DNA of 64,000 nucleotides from the human T2T-CHM13v2.0 reference genome, Homo sapiens: the NCBI RefSeq assembly GCF_009914755.1, contig NC_060928.1. One strand, written 5' to 3'. The position numbers and the translations under genes were made by a program. The notes below the pieces were generated by a model. The model had not been told where the DNA came from, did no database searches, and saw only the letters and a list, made by a program, of their open reading frames with translations. Below, one piece after another: positions 1 to 15,500 of the stretch. Position 1 is the stretch's first letter, and each line of letters begins with the position of its first letter.

Positions 1-3000
1 GTGCTTGAGTAGTATGTTCGACTCAAAATAGTGAAACTCAAAATATGTATCAGTGGATCTTTCTACAGTGGGGAGTTTGGAAAAGTCTTTTATAATTGAT
101 CTTCTCTTTTAATTGACATTGGCCTATATTGTCAGACTTATAGTCATCCTTTAGTCTGATCCTCCTGTTTAAAATTCTGCCTGCTGATAAACTAATCCTA
201 TTCTTTGAATTTTTTTTTCTTCAGGGGCAATAAATTATTGGCTACTTTTCATACTCAAAATGTTGGTGCAGAAAAAAATGGAGATATATTCATGAATAAT
301 AGAAATTGAAAAAGTGTTTCATTTTCACTCAAAACCATGTTTAACTTCATGTAAAGGCTCTCTCTTGTTTTGGGTAAAATTTGTAACCATGACCCATATC
401 ATTTTATCTGCTCTAGAGAAAATGTGTCTGTTACCTCAGATGACAACTATATTTTTCAAACAACTTTTAATTTTTATTAAAGGTAGATAGCTCATTGAGG
501 AAGTAAAGTACACCCTTTAAAGTGTGGTTCCAATAATAATTGTTGAAGGATAATTAAATAGTAAGTAGGAGAATTGAATATGCAGGTCTTTTTTGACACC
601 TAACACAATTCTATCTCTCAAAATATTGTTGCATTTGAATTAACTATTTCAAATAATCAAAAACTCTGTCCTGTGATATAAAAAAATTAGATTTACTCAC
701 AATTTGTTATAAAATATCAAATAATCATATATTTGGACTATAATTTGATTTTAAATATAAATTATACACAAATGTGCAATATAATATTAAAAATTTTTAT
801 TAATAATTAACAACAACGCATCCCTTTTTTTTAAACATGTAAGCTTCATCCTCTGATATTGTGTTTTATTTTACATTAAAGGATAAATGAGCAAATGTTG
901 TGAAATTACTATCATCCCATTTTCAAAGAATAAATTATTTTAGGAAGTACTTGTCTTGAAAGGTAAATATGTCATATCAATAGAAATAATATCTTAAATA
1001 GTTTATACACTTTTTCAAACCATAACTGATAAAGTGACTTACAGAAACAGTTTCTTACAAATAATAAAACAAAATAAATCTATCTTCAACGAATTTTCCA
1101 ACTTTATTATTTTTAAGGGCATTCAAAGTATTTCTCTAGTGATCTTTAGTTTTAGTTTATTGTTTCAATAAATAAGAATCAGTATATATTCTAAAACTCA
1201 GTGTGACCAATATTTTCCTTTATCATAGAGTTTTTAAACATAATTTAGCTTAATTTTTAAAGCATAATAACAGAGAAAATGCTTAAATGATTGAAAAGCA
1301 ACATTTAGCTCACTATTTTATTTCAGAGAATAATGTACTTACTATGCAAACATGCCATTGCAAAAAATTATATATTTCAAGTATCTATTTTGAAGATATA
1401 TTAATAGATAGTGAGCTATCACAATATTAAAAGACACAAAAAAATTTAGGTTAGGCTCATTATATTTGAATAAATGCTTTTTAAGTTGTTTAACCCCAAA
1501 TAAAATATTTAGAAAGCCAAATCCAGTAAATAATGTTAACTAAGGGTGAATGGCATTTTATCAATTTAAATGGCTATTTTTGTTTTATCTTAATTAGTAC
1601 AATTATTTCCTAAGTGTTCTTTTAAAAGAATGTTTAAACTTAAGAGGAAAAAATGTGCCATTGTAAGCTAGTTAGCACAGTTGAGGATCATAGAACAGAT
1701 ATATCAGTATAAGAATAGAATAACACATATATTTTCCCTACCCCCAAGTAATTAAAATAATGTTTTATTTGAGTTTTCAAATGTATTTCCTTAAACAATA
1801 CAAATATTTCTGAGTCAACTTGAATCTGGACCAGATAAATTAAAAGACATTAAAAGAAGATGATTTTGCTTATTAAAGATATACATTATGCTCTTTTACT
1901 TGAAACATGCATGAAAAATTAGAATATATTTTCACACATGAAAGCAAAAACAAAATGAATGACCATTAATTATTCATTTTTGTGAAAATATGCAAGTGAA
2001 AAATTTTAAAGTTCTTATATTTAATATGGGCAGAATCTTTGCCATTTCACCTCAAAATGAAGTATCTGGAACTTAGTTAAGGGTATAGTGCCTAAAACAA
2101 TGATTCCCAATCCTGGTTTTTGCATACCCTCATCCTCCATTTCTGGAAATAAAAGTCATCTAGAGTTCAATCAAATATTTGACAAAAGTTTGAAATCTCC
2201 CTGCTATAGATGATGCCCTCTCTAAGCAACAAAATATTTACAGTCCTAAATTTCTAAGTTAGCAACAACATATTTACTAAATGAATGTGTGTGTGCATGT
2301 GTGTGTGTAATTCAGTATGTGAGAAGGCCCATAATTATATATAATAGATGAGAAAAGAAGCTAGATCACTGGGCAACTTAGTAATTCCAACACTGTATGA
2401 GTTCAGAGAAGTTCTTCCCACTCCCAAGATATTCTTCATTCCTAAAAAGAAGATGATAGAACTATACTCCTAACTACACTCACTCTTAATTCCAAACTAC
2501 ATCAGGGTCACTGCCTGAGGTAATTAATACTGTATTATAATCCAGAAAGCTTTAAAATCAGATATTATCAAGCTATTTTCTTTAATCTCAGAGAAGCATT
2601 AATGAATTCAAGGCACTATTCCAAGTTAAGAGGTAGCATCTTCTTTCTGAATCTATTCATAAAGTTTTAGTTTTTGCTATGGTTGGTTAAAGCTCTTTAG
2701 TGTGATGGCCTTGGTTTTTTTTTTTCTTCCCCACCTCCCCCCACTCTACCCTCATACATATACTCATGCAAATGTTCTGATTCCCCTTTTTCGGCCTTGA
2801 AATTGATTTAATATCTTAGTCAGCTTTCTTTTCCAGAATAGCCCTAATCAGCCATCAAAGTTTTGTTACTCTAGGATAAAAAAAGGTCATGATTATACGA
2901 TGAAGAGCAGTGAAAGTAGAGAGATGACTCTTTCAGGTGGAAGTATAGCTATGTATAAGTACTCTATACTTGTCCATCTCTGAAAAAAAATCGTAGTATT

Positions 3001-4995
3001 CTAAGCAGAATTTCATTGTCTCTGTATATTTCTAACCATTGTCATGATTTTTACTGTCAGTCTGTGACTATACAATAGTTTCTCCATTTAAAACCAATAA
3101 AAATCTTAATATATAGTTAATTTATCATATTTTAATAACAAACTTAAGTTTAAGGTATATTTGGAAGATAGCAATGGAGATTAAACAAACAAGTGGTGAT
3201 ATGATGTCATGGGTTCTGGAAAGACTGGGCATAATATGACCAGAAGAAACAAGAAAGATCATAGCAATCATTGATTTCATTCTCTCCCTTCCGCTGCCCA
3301 CTCTCTCCTTCTTCCTCCCCCTCCCTTCTCTTCCTACCTTTCCCTTTTCTTTTTCCCTCCCTCTTCCACTCCTTCTCCAAACTCAGAAAATATAAAAGTT
3401 ATTTTCAAAACATTTATTCATCTGAGAAAATGATAAGGAAGAAACAGAAAGAAATAGGAAGATTTATGGAAGTAATGGAATGGGAAAAATGTGAGTAGGG
3501 GAGACTATATCTTAAATTTACTTTAAAAAGGAACGCTTATTAATTAAAATGCACAATATGGCCCACTCACTAGTAAAATAACAATATGGCTTGTTTACAA
3601 GTAAAAAAAAAAAAACAGATCAAAAATTTACATTCCCTAAATGTCTAAATCAATAAGTGTTAAAGTAGATTTAATGGAGTACCACAAAATTTAAAAAAGT
3701 ACTATACTAGTATTGCTTTTAAAATCAACACATGAAACTGCTTGAGAAGATGAATGAAACTGTCAATTCTTTAACATTTTCTTCTTAAGCACTATTCTTA
3801 AATAGGACTGAACAATGAGTAAGTTCAAAAGATTGAAAGAAAAGAGGTTTGCTTCCTAAACAGTATTATCATTTCTACTCAGCTTTTCCCATCTTTTTTT
3901 CTAGTTTTTACTGTGGCACCCACAAGAACTTATGTTTTAACTTAAGTTGATTCTTAGGTCTTACGTATGTTTTACTTTTCAATAAAAATATGTATTTTTG
4001 TCACAAGGGGCTTGTTTTTGTGGGTTTTTATTTAGACTTCTGTTTTGGTTTGGTCTTTCTATGTAGTCAAAATTCTTATTCTTACAGTTGCATAATAGCA
4101 TTTCAGTATTTCGGGTCCAAAGTCCAATTACATTTCCAAATATTATGTCTATATTGTTAAATCAACAAATTAGAGCATGCCTTCCAAAAACCTGTTATAT
4201 ACAGTTATATATTTCATGTTAGAAATGTAACTCTCCAAAATAATTATTAAAATTTTTACTTTTTACATCAACTCCCTTCCTAATTATTTTTAAATAATTT
4301 TTGAATTAACAAAAATACTGTAATTGAAGCAAATATTAATATGAAGGGGTTAAGATATTCTTTTTTCTCTATTCTTTTTCTAGTTTTACAACTGAAAATA
4401 TCTTCAGAAATAACGTGGCATAATGAAGATTTTGGTGAATTCCATATAGCAATAAAATTATTAAATGAGTCATTTTCTCATTAGCTTAATTATTATCTCC
4501 TATAGAACTCTGAGGAAAATAAATTATTAGAAAGAAAATAATTTAATTATTCTGAAATTAGTTTTCAAGTATATATACTACTTTTAATTATTTATGACAA
4601 TATCACCACACTTATTTCAGTGATTTTATCCCCTTGATATATCACTTACTCTCCAACGCAGGCATGCTAGTGATGAGTATATGGACTTGAAACATAATCA
4701 AGGCTTGATATTTAAACTTAGGCCCCCACTGCTTCTAAATGCTTACAAGCATAAATCATCCCAGTCATCTACAAAATAAATGGAAAGAATTTAGATACTT
4801 AGTGCAAAAGACACACATCAATTTTTGTCACCTTAAATAGCATAATGAGCCATATGCTAGCTGAAAAGTTTGTATAGCAATTGTGACTGTAAACCTATTT
4901 ATCTGCCAATAGTTTCATGTTATATGTACGGAATATGACAAGTATCTGTGTATAGAAAACTAGAAATAGAAAAAAACAAGAGAGCATGTCCTTTA

Positions 4996-5335
<340 letters not shown>

Positions 5336-5410
5336 AATAATAGTTATCACGATAATTCTGGAAGTTATGTTTGAATAGTTTTCAAAAGCTTTGAAAACAC
5401 TCAAATACAG

Positions 5411-6684
<1,274 letters not shown>

Positions 6685-6881
6685 TACTCAAATAACTCAA
6701 ATACATGTATTCATACTCTTGAGGCTCTACATTAAGAAAATAATTATAAATGTAGTTAAATATTTGTGTAAATAAAAATTTATTAAAATGTCATTCCACA
6801 TAATGTAGTCTAAATGTCCAATACTGGAAAAATTATTAAATAAATTGCCAGAATAAATATGTCTCTCTCTATATATTGCTG

Positions 6882-7051
6882 TATATATATATACATATAT
6901 ATATATACACATATATATATACATATATATATATATACACATATATATACACATATATATACACATATATATATACACATATATATACATATATATATAC
7001 ATATATATACATATATATACATATATATATACATATATATATATATATACA
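6882..7051. repeat. (TA)n/(TACA) compound microsatellite
   Basis: About 170 bp of tatatatacatatatatacac-type alternating purine-pyrimidine repeats. Confidence 0.95.
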
Positions 7052-7980
7052 CAGTAATTTTCTCAGAGTATTGAATACTATGGCAGAATTGCTCTAGTGA
7101 TACTGTTTTTGTAAAAATTCCATCACTAATAAACTTTTCTTATAAAACCCTGCAACTTCAAATGGGCTCTCTGGCATCTCACTGTCAGTTCAAGAATTAG
7201 AGCTAGAGAACCTATGATACATGAAATAACTTATTTTATTGAACAAGGTTTCCTTTCTAGTGATACAGTGAGGAGGCTGGTACAGGTGTGTACTTTAGAT
7301 AAACACTTGCCAAAAATGAAGTAAGTTTTAAATTGGGAAAAGAATGCTGCTAGGTATGAACAAGAATAAATCTAGGGAAACAATATAAACAGCTGAGCAA
7401 TCTAGGATGACAGCAATCAACAGAAAGAATAGACAAACTGGAATGAGTGAGCAGATCAGACAGAAAAGTCCAAAATGAATCCTGGCAATCATTCTGGTCC
7501 ACTGAAAGTTGACAGACCACATTTTATAGCATTTCTACTGCTCACAACCTTGGATGGTCAGCTACCCAAATCAGTGGGCTCCCACAAGCTGAGTGGTTCC
7601 ATGTACCTTCTTCACTTGATGTCCAAACCCCACTCCTTAACAACTTTGTGGTATAGGAATACTCTGTTCTCTCTACCTACTACTTTCGTAACTCAACACA
7701 GAAATATTAGCTTACCTGAATACTTTACTGCCTAGTGAGACTATCTGTTCAGGTCTCAATGTTTTCTGCTAACACTCTGCAAAGAGATGGAACCATTAGA
7801 GTGGCTTATTTACTCACATAAATGTTGCCATTTCACCTTCCTTTATCCTATGAAGCAATTGAGCTTACAATAAGATGCAGTCTTAAATAAGATTTGTTAA
7901 AAGGCCATTAATAAGCCTAATAGCAATCTCACCTCCATCATTCTAAGGTAGTGAGAACTCTGTTAGAAATAACTGCAGAA

Positions 7981-8509
<529 letters not shown>

Positions 8510-10184
8510 TCAAGGGTATGCATGACATTTGCCAATTTTGTTCCAAACCTTTGGTTTCTAGAAACATGCCCAGTATGGAACTCTGCATCCATGTGGAGAA
8601 AAAAGTATAATAATTAAACAAGCTCAAGTTATGCAGTAGGTGGAATGTGCAAATATCGTTCACCAGAAGAAGTACAGCCTTTTTACAGTCATTTTTCTTA
8701 ACTTTGGTTCATCCAATATATTGGGCATTTAGGAAGCAGGTGGTAGATAAAAGAATGTTATGTTCTGCAAAATGTAGCACAATATGGTTTTTGAACACAA
8801 ACACATAAAAAAGCTGTTAAGCCTCAAAAAGCTAGTGTGTAAATAGTGACACTTTAGAGAACTTTAGAATGGATAGTGCCTGTACACAGGCCAGTCACTG
8901 AATTATCCAAATAAGGCAGATTTGTGCTCCAGTGGTTAAATGTCTTCCTCCAGTTACATATATATTTGAGGGTAAGACATAAACATTAGGAACTAAGAGT
9001 TTCTGTTACCTATCACAGACTTTGTCATATTTTCCTTACTTCCTGCTATGGATTGTCACTTACCATATAACTCTATTCATCTGGGAAATCTCTCACCCTA
9101 GACACATATGAAAAGTTCAACAAGTTAGGACAGGTGGTCATTTGAAGTAGCACTACTGGGAGTTCTGACCTTGACTTCATACCTGATGCAAATGCTCAGT
9201 CCCTTGGTACCTCTTTCCATGTCTATCAGTTTGAGTGACATTTTCTCTCCACATAGAGAAAGAGGAATTTTACACTCTATAGAAATGGTAAAACAAGTCC
9301 CAGTGTTCTTGAACAGGTACAAAACTTTCTAACACTGTTGCTGATAGAATGTTTACATGTGCACTTTACTTCCAACCAAAGAAAGAAGAGTTAGCTAAGA
9401 ATCATTTTTGAAAGTAAGGTTTTTCTTTGTTTGTTAATTATTATTTAAATCTTTGGATACAGAATTACATTTAATTTGCTGCCACTATCATTTTTATTGA
9501 TTTCTTTACGGGTGCACTTTATATTAACTGAATTTATATTGTATGTCAAAATTTGTATGAAAAGCTGTTTTTAAAATGTCTTTTCTACCTATTGAACCTC
9601 AGTATTTGCAGGTTTCCTCTTTAATTAATACTTTCATCTATGTTTTCCAGGTGATTATTAGGCATTTCATTTCAAAAGCATTTAAAAATTAGTGACAATT
9701 GCATCATTTTAATGAGATTTTTAAAATCTGCTTTATTATGTGTAATGTAATAGTAGCTTATATAGTAAGTTACTACGCATTTGTTGAGGCTTATAAGTGA
9801 CTGATGTGGTGTTTAGAAACCAATACAGGAAAAACCATTCCAAGTCAGTTCACTTACATAATTATAATTTAAATCTAATTTACTTATTATTCCTTAGTCT
9901 ATAATAAAATTTTAAGCAAATTTTGTATATATACCATTATTCATATTTTAATTTGAAATAGACTAGGTAACTTACTACTAACATTCAATTTTAGACAGAA
10001 ATATTAATGCATGCAGAAATGCCACTAATGACCCTGGATTCTAAAATATCAGTAGATATCCAGCCACAATTTCAAGAAATCATGTTAAAGAAAAAAAGGT
10101 CAGAGGGAAAGTATGTACTTAGCATCAAAACTAAGGTGCCTTTACAAATCCTGTCACATTTCTCTCATCAGACTGGTATGTGAC

Positions 10185-10315
10185 TGATTAGACTAGAAAT
10201 TGTCCCCATAAACTCAGGAATCTTTTGGTTATTGTTCACTTCTGCCTCACCAGAAATTCCTAGAATTTATAGCACTTAATTAGCCTCAATTAATATTTTC
10301 TGAATAAGTGAATAC
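10185..10315 (+). mobile_element. L2 LINE 3'-end relic
   Basis: attagact...ttgttcact...cctagaa...agcactt...caattaatattttctgaataagtgaa resembles the L2 3' terminus. Confidence 0.5.
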
Positions 10316-11635
10316 AAGTTAATTATAAATAATTTCAATGCATAAAAATAAGCCACTTCTTGGGATATCTCTATCTTTATATCAGTATACCTATATCAAC
10401 ATCTAATCTATCTCTATCCAAACACCACACCCTCTCCAAATGTGTAATTCAAGTCCTGGCAGATTATTTTCCGAGTTTCTCATCTAACACCCTCCCAACT
10501 GTACTCCACCCCCATCCCTAGTCTTTTTCTTTTTGTCAGGGGGCGGGGCATACATACATACAAGACATAACAGTAGGCTTTGCTAATTCCAAACTTCTTC
10601 CTATAGTTTTATGCTAAAAAAAATGATGGTTATGGGTTTTCCATCTCGTTTTCTTCTATGGAAAGGTCAGTAACAGACACTGTGGGTGGAGGAAAAGGAT
10701 ATAGGACAGGCACTCTCAGGGAGCCAGGCTGTGTTGGGCCTGGACCATCCCAGTCACCAGAGGGGCACACACACAGACAAATGCTCCAACTGCACATGCT
10801 CTAAATGGTCTGAGCCACTAATATATGAGCAGTGTAGAATGTTGACAGTAATCAGTTCGTTGTAAACTTGTGAAGACTTCTACTACATAAAGAATGTATC
10901 TAAATTAAAGTTTTGTAAAAAGAAACCTTTAATTTTTGCAATTAAAAGTGTGTATATTATTTGATTTTTAAAAAGACGAGAGTACCGAAAGGACACTTTA
11001 GAAAATATGTCTTTGAGGTTTCCCAACAAATACGTGGATGAGATTTAATATAAAGATTTGGCAATAATTGGTAACAAGCTAAAGAAAATATGGGAGAATA
11101 ATTAAAAAAGAAACTCAATGCTGACTATAACTCAATCTAGCATGCTTCTAGAGCCTATAATTATAAGTTTATTGTACAGAGAATTCCATATTGGTGTAAA
11201 ATGCTAAAGACCGCTATTAAAAAATGTTAAGACTACATTTTTGAAAATAATCTAGTACTATGGTAACTTAAACTTCAGTTAGACTTTGAACTAGAAAAGG
11301 TAGCCTAATGTGGGAAAGAATGGTATTTTTTAGTGTTTCAAAATGTTAATCTAAAATAAAAATAGCTATATGAAGATTACTTTTATAGCCAGCAGGAAGG
11401 GTACTTTCTTTAGATTTTGTAAAAATGTTTAAATATTATTCAAAAAGGCTTATGGAAATTATATTTTCTTCAACTACAAAATAACTAAATAAGCAATTTG
11501 CCATGAGAATATAAAATTTCTACTGTCCCATCATATTAGTTATGTTATCAGTGTTGTTCTGCCTAAGTAAGAATGACTGAATAACTCGAAGACAGAAAAG
11601 AGATGTAATTGAGAGGGGAATAACCTGCATGTGTA

Positions 11636-11690
11636 AATATATATATGTATGTGTGTATATATATATATATATATAAATATATATATATAA
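11636..11690. repeat. (TA)n microsatellite
   Basis: Direct reading of atatatat runs. Confidence 0.85.
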
Positions 11691-12816
11691 AATATTTATT
11701 CTAAACTGCCATTTGTCATCTCAGGATTGTGGCAGTATAGATTAAATAAAATTTTAATGTGAGATGCCTGAATATGGCAAAATGTGAGCCTAATTGCATT
11801 TGGAACGTTTTGCTATATGTAATGAATGCTGCATAACATTTTCAAAATATTTCCTAATTATAAAATTATGAGAATAATTACTAGTTATTTCTCATTGTAT
11901 TTGTTATCTTCATGTTTTATTAAAATAATCTTCAGATTTGTTGAATAAAATACACCATTGACTAATTGCTTGAGTCTGTGATTTAAAGATGAATATTCTC
12001 GTGTTTTAGAAAGCGGATCTCCAACCAATCACATGGCAATCAAGACAGCTGAAATGATAAATTCTGTTTTTTTCTGAGCATAGTAATTTCAAACCAGCAA
12101 TAATAGAACCTCCTGAGTTAGCCGATCAATGTAAACATACACATCTATAAGTGCTAAAAATAATTTTCCAATGACTCACATTTAAAAAGCAAGTACCTTA
12201 AGTTAATGAAAATACTGATTATACAACAAAGATTAAGATTGCTTCTATCATGCGAAATTTAATAGTCTTTATTAATATTTGAGAAAATGTCCTAAAGAAT
12301 GTAAAGCTGATGGTAAATATGCATACAACAGAGTGCTGAGCCTGCTAATAATCCAATGACTTAATTTTCAAGAACGAGACTTAGAGATCATTTTAGAACA
12401 AAGTTCTAAAGGTTAAATAATGTTTAGTCACTTTTTGAAAGAAAAAATATTTGCTTTCAGTATTTACTTAAAACTTTAAAAATGTTTAAGGACTCATTAA
12501 AATAGGCATATATAAACTTAAAAATAAAATTATTAGGTTATAGCTGCTGTAACTACAGAACCAAACAATTTTACAGAATTAATACAAACAAACCTACAGA
12601 GCCAATAAAATTCTAATTAACAGTACTAATTAATGTGACAATTCATGTTATTTTGCTGAAACTAAATGCTACTTTAAATTGTACCGTCTGACATTACATG
12701 GGAAATTTTCAAGTTTAACATAAAATTAAAATATAAAATGCAGTCCTTCCAATGATGATCTTCAGTGACTGAAGACTATGTCCAGAAAACCCATTTTGAA
12801 AAACATGATACTAAAT

Positions 12817-13718
12817 TCAAGGGTGGTAGAATATTTCACCAAAAACTATGCCACTTTGGCATAAGGATTATTTTGTGCTGAAGGTAAATAATGTGAAACA
12901 CATATAAAATAAAATAAAATAAAATAAAAGCCCTCTGCTCTTTCCCTATTTGACTAAAATTAGGACTTAAATTTACAAAGATCTCCCTCCTCCCCTGTCC
13001 CTCAAAGAGGACAAAAGTTGAGCATAAAAGACTTCAGACCCTTATCAGCCTGGAGATGGCACCAAAGGAATCTAAATAACACAGTTTACTTTTTTTTTTT
13101 TTTACTTTGAAACATCTACTTATTTCCATTTCCAATGAAGAATTAAAAGATACAATGTGTTAAAGACATATTTAAAAGACTAGCAATGGGATTAGACAGA
13201 TGAATCAAATTTTGTTGATATCCCAAGTAATTACAAGAGATTTCGAAAATGTAGTGTAATTCAGGTTTTCTTTCCAGTTTAAAAATTTCTATCCATTGCC
13301 TCTATCTTTGGTGTCACTGCCAGCAATAAACACAGTATAGAGCTTAGAAACCTAATTACTATCTTCAACTAGGAAAAGGTAAACCAACCAATTAGCCTTT
13401 ATCTATCGTTTGTTCTCCCATTTATTTAGCCCACAACAATTTGCTCCTTTGGTGACTCGGGTCCTTTTCCTTTGTCTTGTCACTCCTCTAAAAGTATATT
13501 GTTCTTTGTTGAAGATGCTCTATATGCCAGAGTTTTAAGCATCTCTTTCAGATTTACTCAGTTTTTCTCTTGGGTCTTTTTCACGTATACATGAAGTATG
13601 TATACATGTTAATAAACTTCCGTTTGTTTTTTTGTTCTTGTTAATCTGTCTTTTGTTACAAGGGTCTCAGCTAAGAAGTCAAAAGATTAGAGGGTAAATT
13701 ATTTTTACATATCCTACA
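12817..13718 (+). mobile_element. ERV1-class solo LTR, MER39/MER34-like, interrupted at 13090-13388
   Basis: 5' part tatgccactttggcataaggattattttg-gctgaagg and 3' part aataaacttc...cttgttaatctgtcttttgtta...tcctaca match this LTR group; about 600 bp once the insert is removed. Confidence 0.72.
13090..13388 (-). pseudogene. 5'-truncated processed retrocopy of an mRNA 3' end (non-coding, 3'UTR-like); parent tentatively HNRNPA3, unverified
   Basis: T14 run at 13090-13103 (poly(A) on - strand) followed by ~285 bp of non-LTR AT-rich sequence that splits the LTR between ...tttact and aattagcc.... Parent assignment is from memory only. Confidence 0.6.
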
Positions 13719-15377
13719 AAGTCAATCTCTTATTTTAAAGACTAACCTCCTGAAGTCCTAGCAAGCAAAGCGATTTACCCAAATTGGTCTATTTCTGGCA
13801 GAGGTGGTATTTGAAACATGGGTCCTTATTTATCAGTCTGGGTTCTTTGAAACTTAACCTAATGTTTTTTCACTTGACAATTTTATATAGATTATGTTGA
13901 CTAAAGGTAATGAATCTTAAAATATACCAGCCATAGGGACATTTTAAATTCTTGTTTTATCTTAACAGTTACCAGGTTTTGAGTTAGAAATGTCTTCAGC
14001 GCACTTTACTTCCTTAAATAAAATATAGGCTTGAACTAGTTAACTTATTGGCATGAAAACTCTTTAGTACCAATTTAATGGAAGGTTTCTAAATGGGCAA
14101 TAACTTGGTTTATATGCTAAAGTCATGAAGTAACTGTCCAAGAGTTTTAACCATGTTTTATTTGTAATTCTTTACACATAGACAATTGAAATTCTGGTAA
14201 AGTAATTTACGTTAACAAAGTTTAACTGAAAAGGCAGGAAGTATTCATGTTTTAATAATGTGAACATTTTTATGTGTGTGAGCACCTTTCAACATCTTTT
14301 GTCTTTGTTGGTTTGCTTGTTTTGCTGTAGACACTATGAAGCATATAGAAATAGTCCTCCTCCTCAATCCCTCAGGAGCTGGGTTGCATTAAACATGTCT
14401 GGATATTTTAGGAAAAAATAAATAAAAGGAACTCCTCAGTGTGTTCTGAAGGAAAAAATAATTTAATAACTTGAAACCAGGACTGTTACTGTGATAAGAT
14501 AGATATGTATAAAAATTTCCATATGACAAACAATTTATGACTAATTTTCAAGACGCCACAATTCTATTCTTAGACTGAGACAAGGGAGTAGGTATTTTTA
14601 ACTATACCTTGTATAACTTTCCATTTTAAATTTTAGATCTGAACTATGACGAGGGAAACTGTGCATCAGATAAGCAAAGTCAGGTATTCTTTGCTCATAA
14701 AATATCTTGTTTTCCTCTGGATGGCAAAGACTCAATCATTTTTGCCTGGACACCAAAAGGGACTAGCAATTGGGAAAAAAAAAAAAAAGAAAATCCAGAA
14801 GTATTCCTTTTCTTACTCTATGAAAAAATTATGGGCAAATTATCAAAAAAAAATAAACTGAAGTGCTTTCTTGAAGTTGAAATTTTCTGATAACTCTTCT
14901 CCAGATGAGTGAAGGTTACAGATGTCTATGAAAATAACTTGGGTATTATCTGAGGAAAGAGGAAAAAAATGAATTCCAACATTTCTTGCAACTTACTTGC
15001 AGCTGTGTTGTGTGTGTGCAATTTTAATTATGTGATTTCTGAAAAAAGAGGTAAAGGAGAAAATTGCCAATTTACATATATTTACTCAAAAGTCTGCAAA
15101 GGTATAAAATAAAGTAAAATGACCATTGGAATTCTTGCTGGTTGGCTATCATTTGATTCTATAACTTAGAATTACATAATAGATGATAATTTCTGTATTG
15201 CCTTTGACATTACCTCCACATTTGCTTTCTTATTATATCTTTGTCTCTTTTAAATAAGAGGAGGAGAAATATAAAAACTAGAATTGAGACAAGATTTTTT
15301 TGTTTTTAATCTACAATTGAATTCTTATTAAATTTTAGGCAATAGGTATGTATTCTTACTTGCAAGTGTACACAGTT

Positions 15378-15500
15378 GTTCATTAAATTCATTTAATAAT
15401 ATGTTTAAGGTATAAGCCAGGTCTATCTGCTGTGATAAATCATGGACAAAATATATAAAATTCCTGCTCTCGGAGAGTTTATATTCTAAGGAGAGAGGAA
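15378..15500 (-). mobile_element. L2 LINE 3'-end relic
   Basis: ttcatt..ttcattta...agccagg...ttcctgctctcggagagtttatattcta-ggagag resembles the reverse-complemented L2 3' end. Confidence 0.5.

Noticed and set aside
3280-3378. CT-rich tract and 75-aa ORF
   Set aside because: Low-complexity sequence without regular mirror symmetry; ORF is compositional.
6727-7097. Y/I/H/T-rich ORFs
   Set aside because: Translation artefacts of the (TA)n/(TACA) microsatellite.
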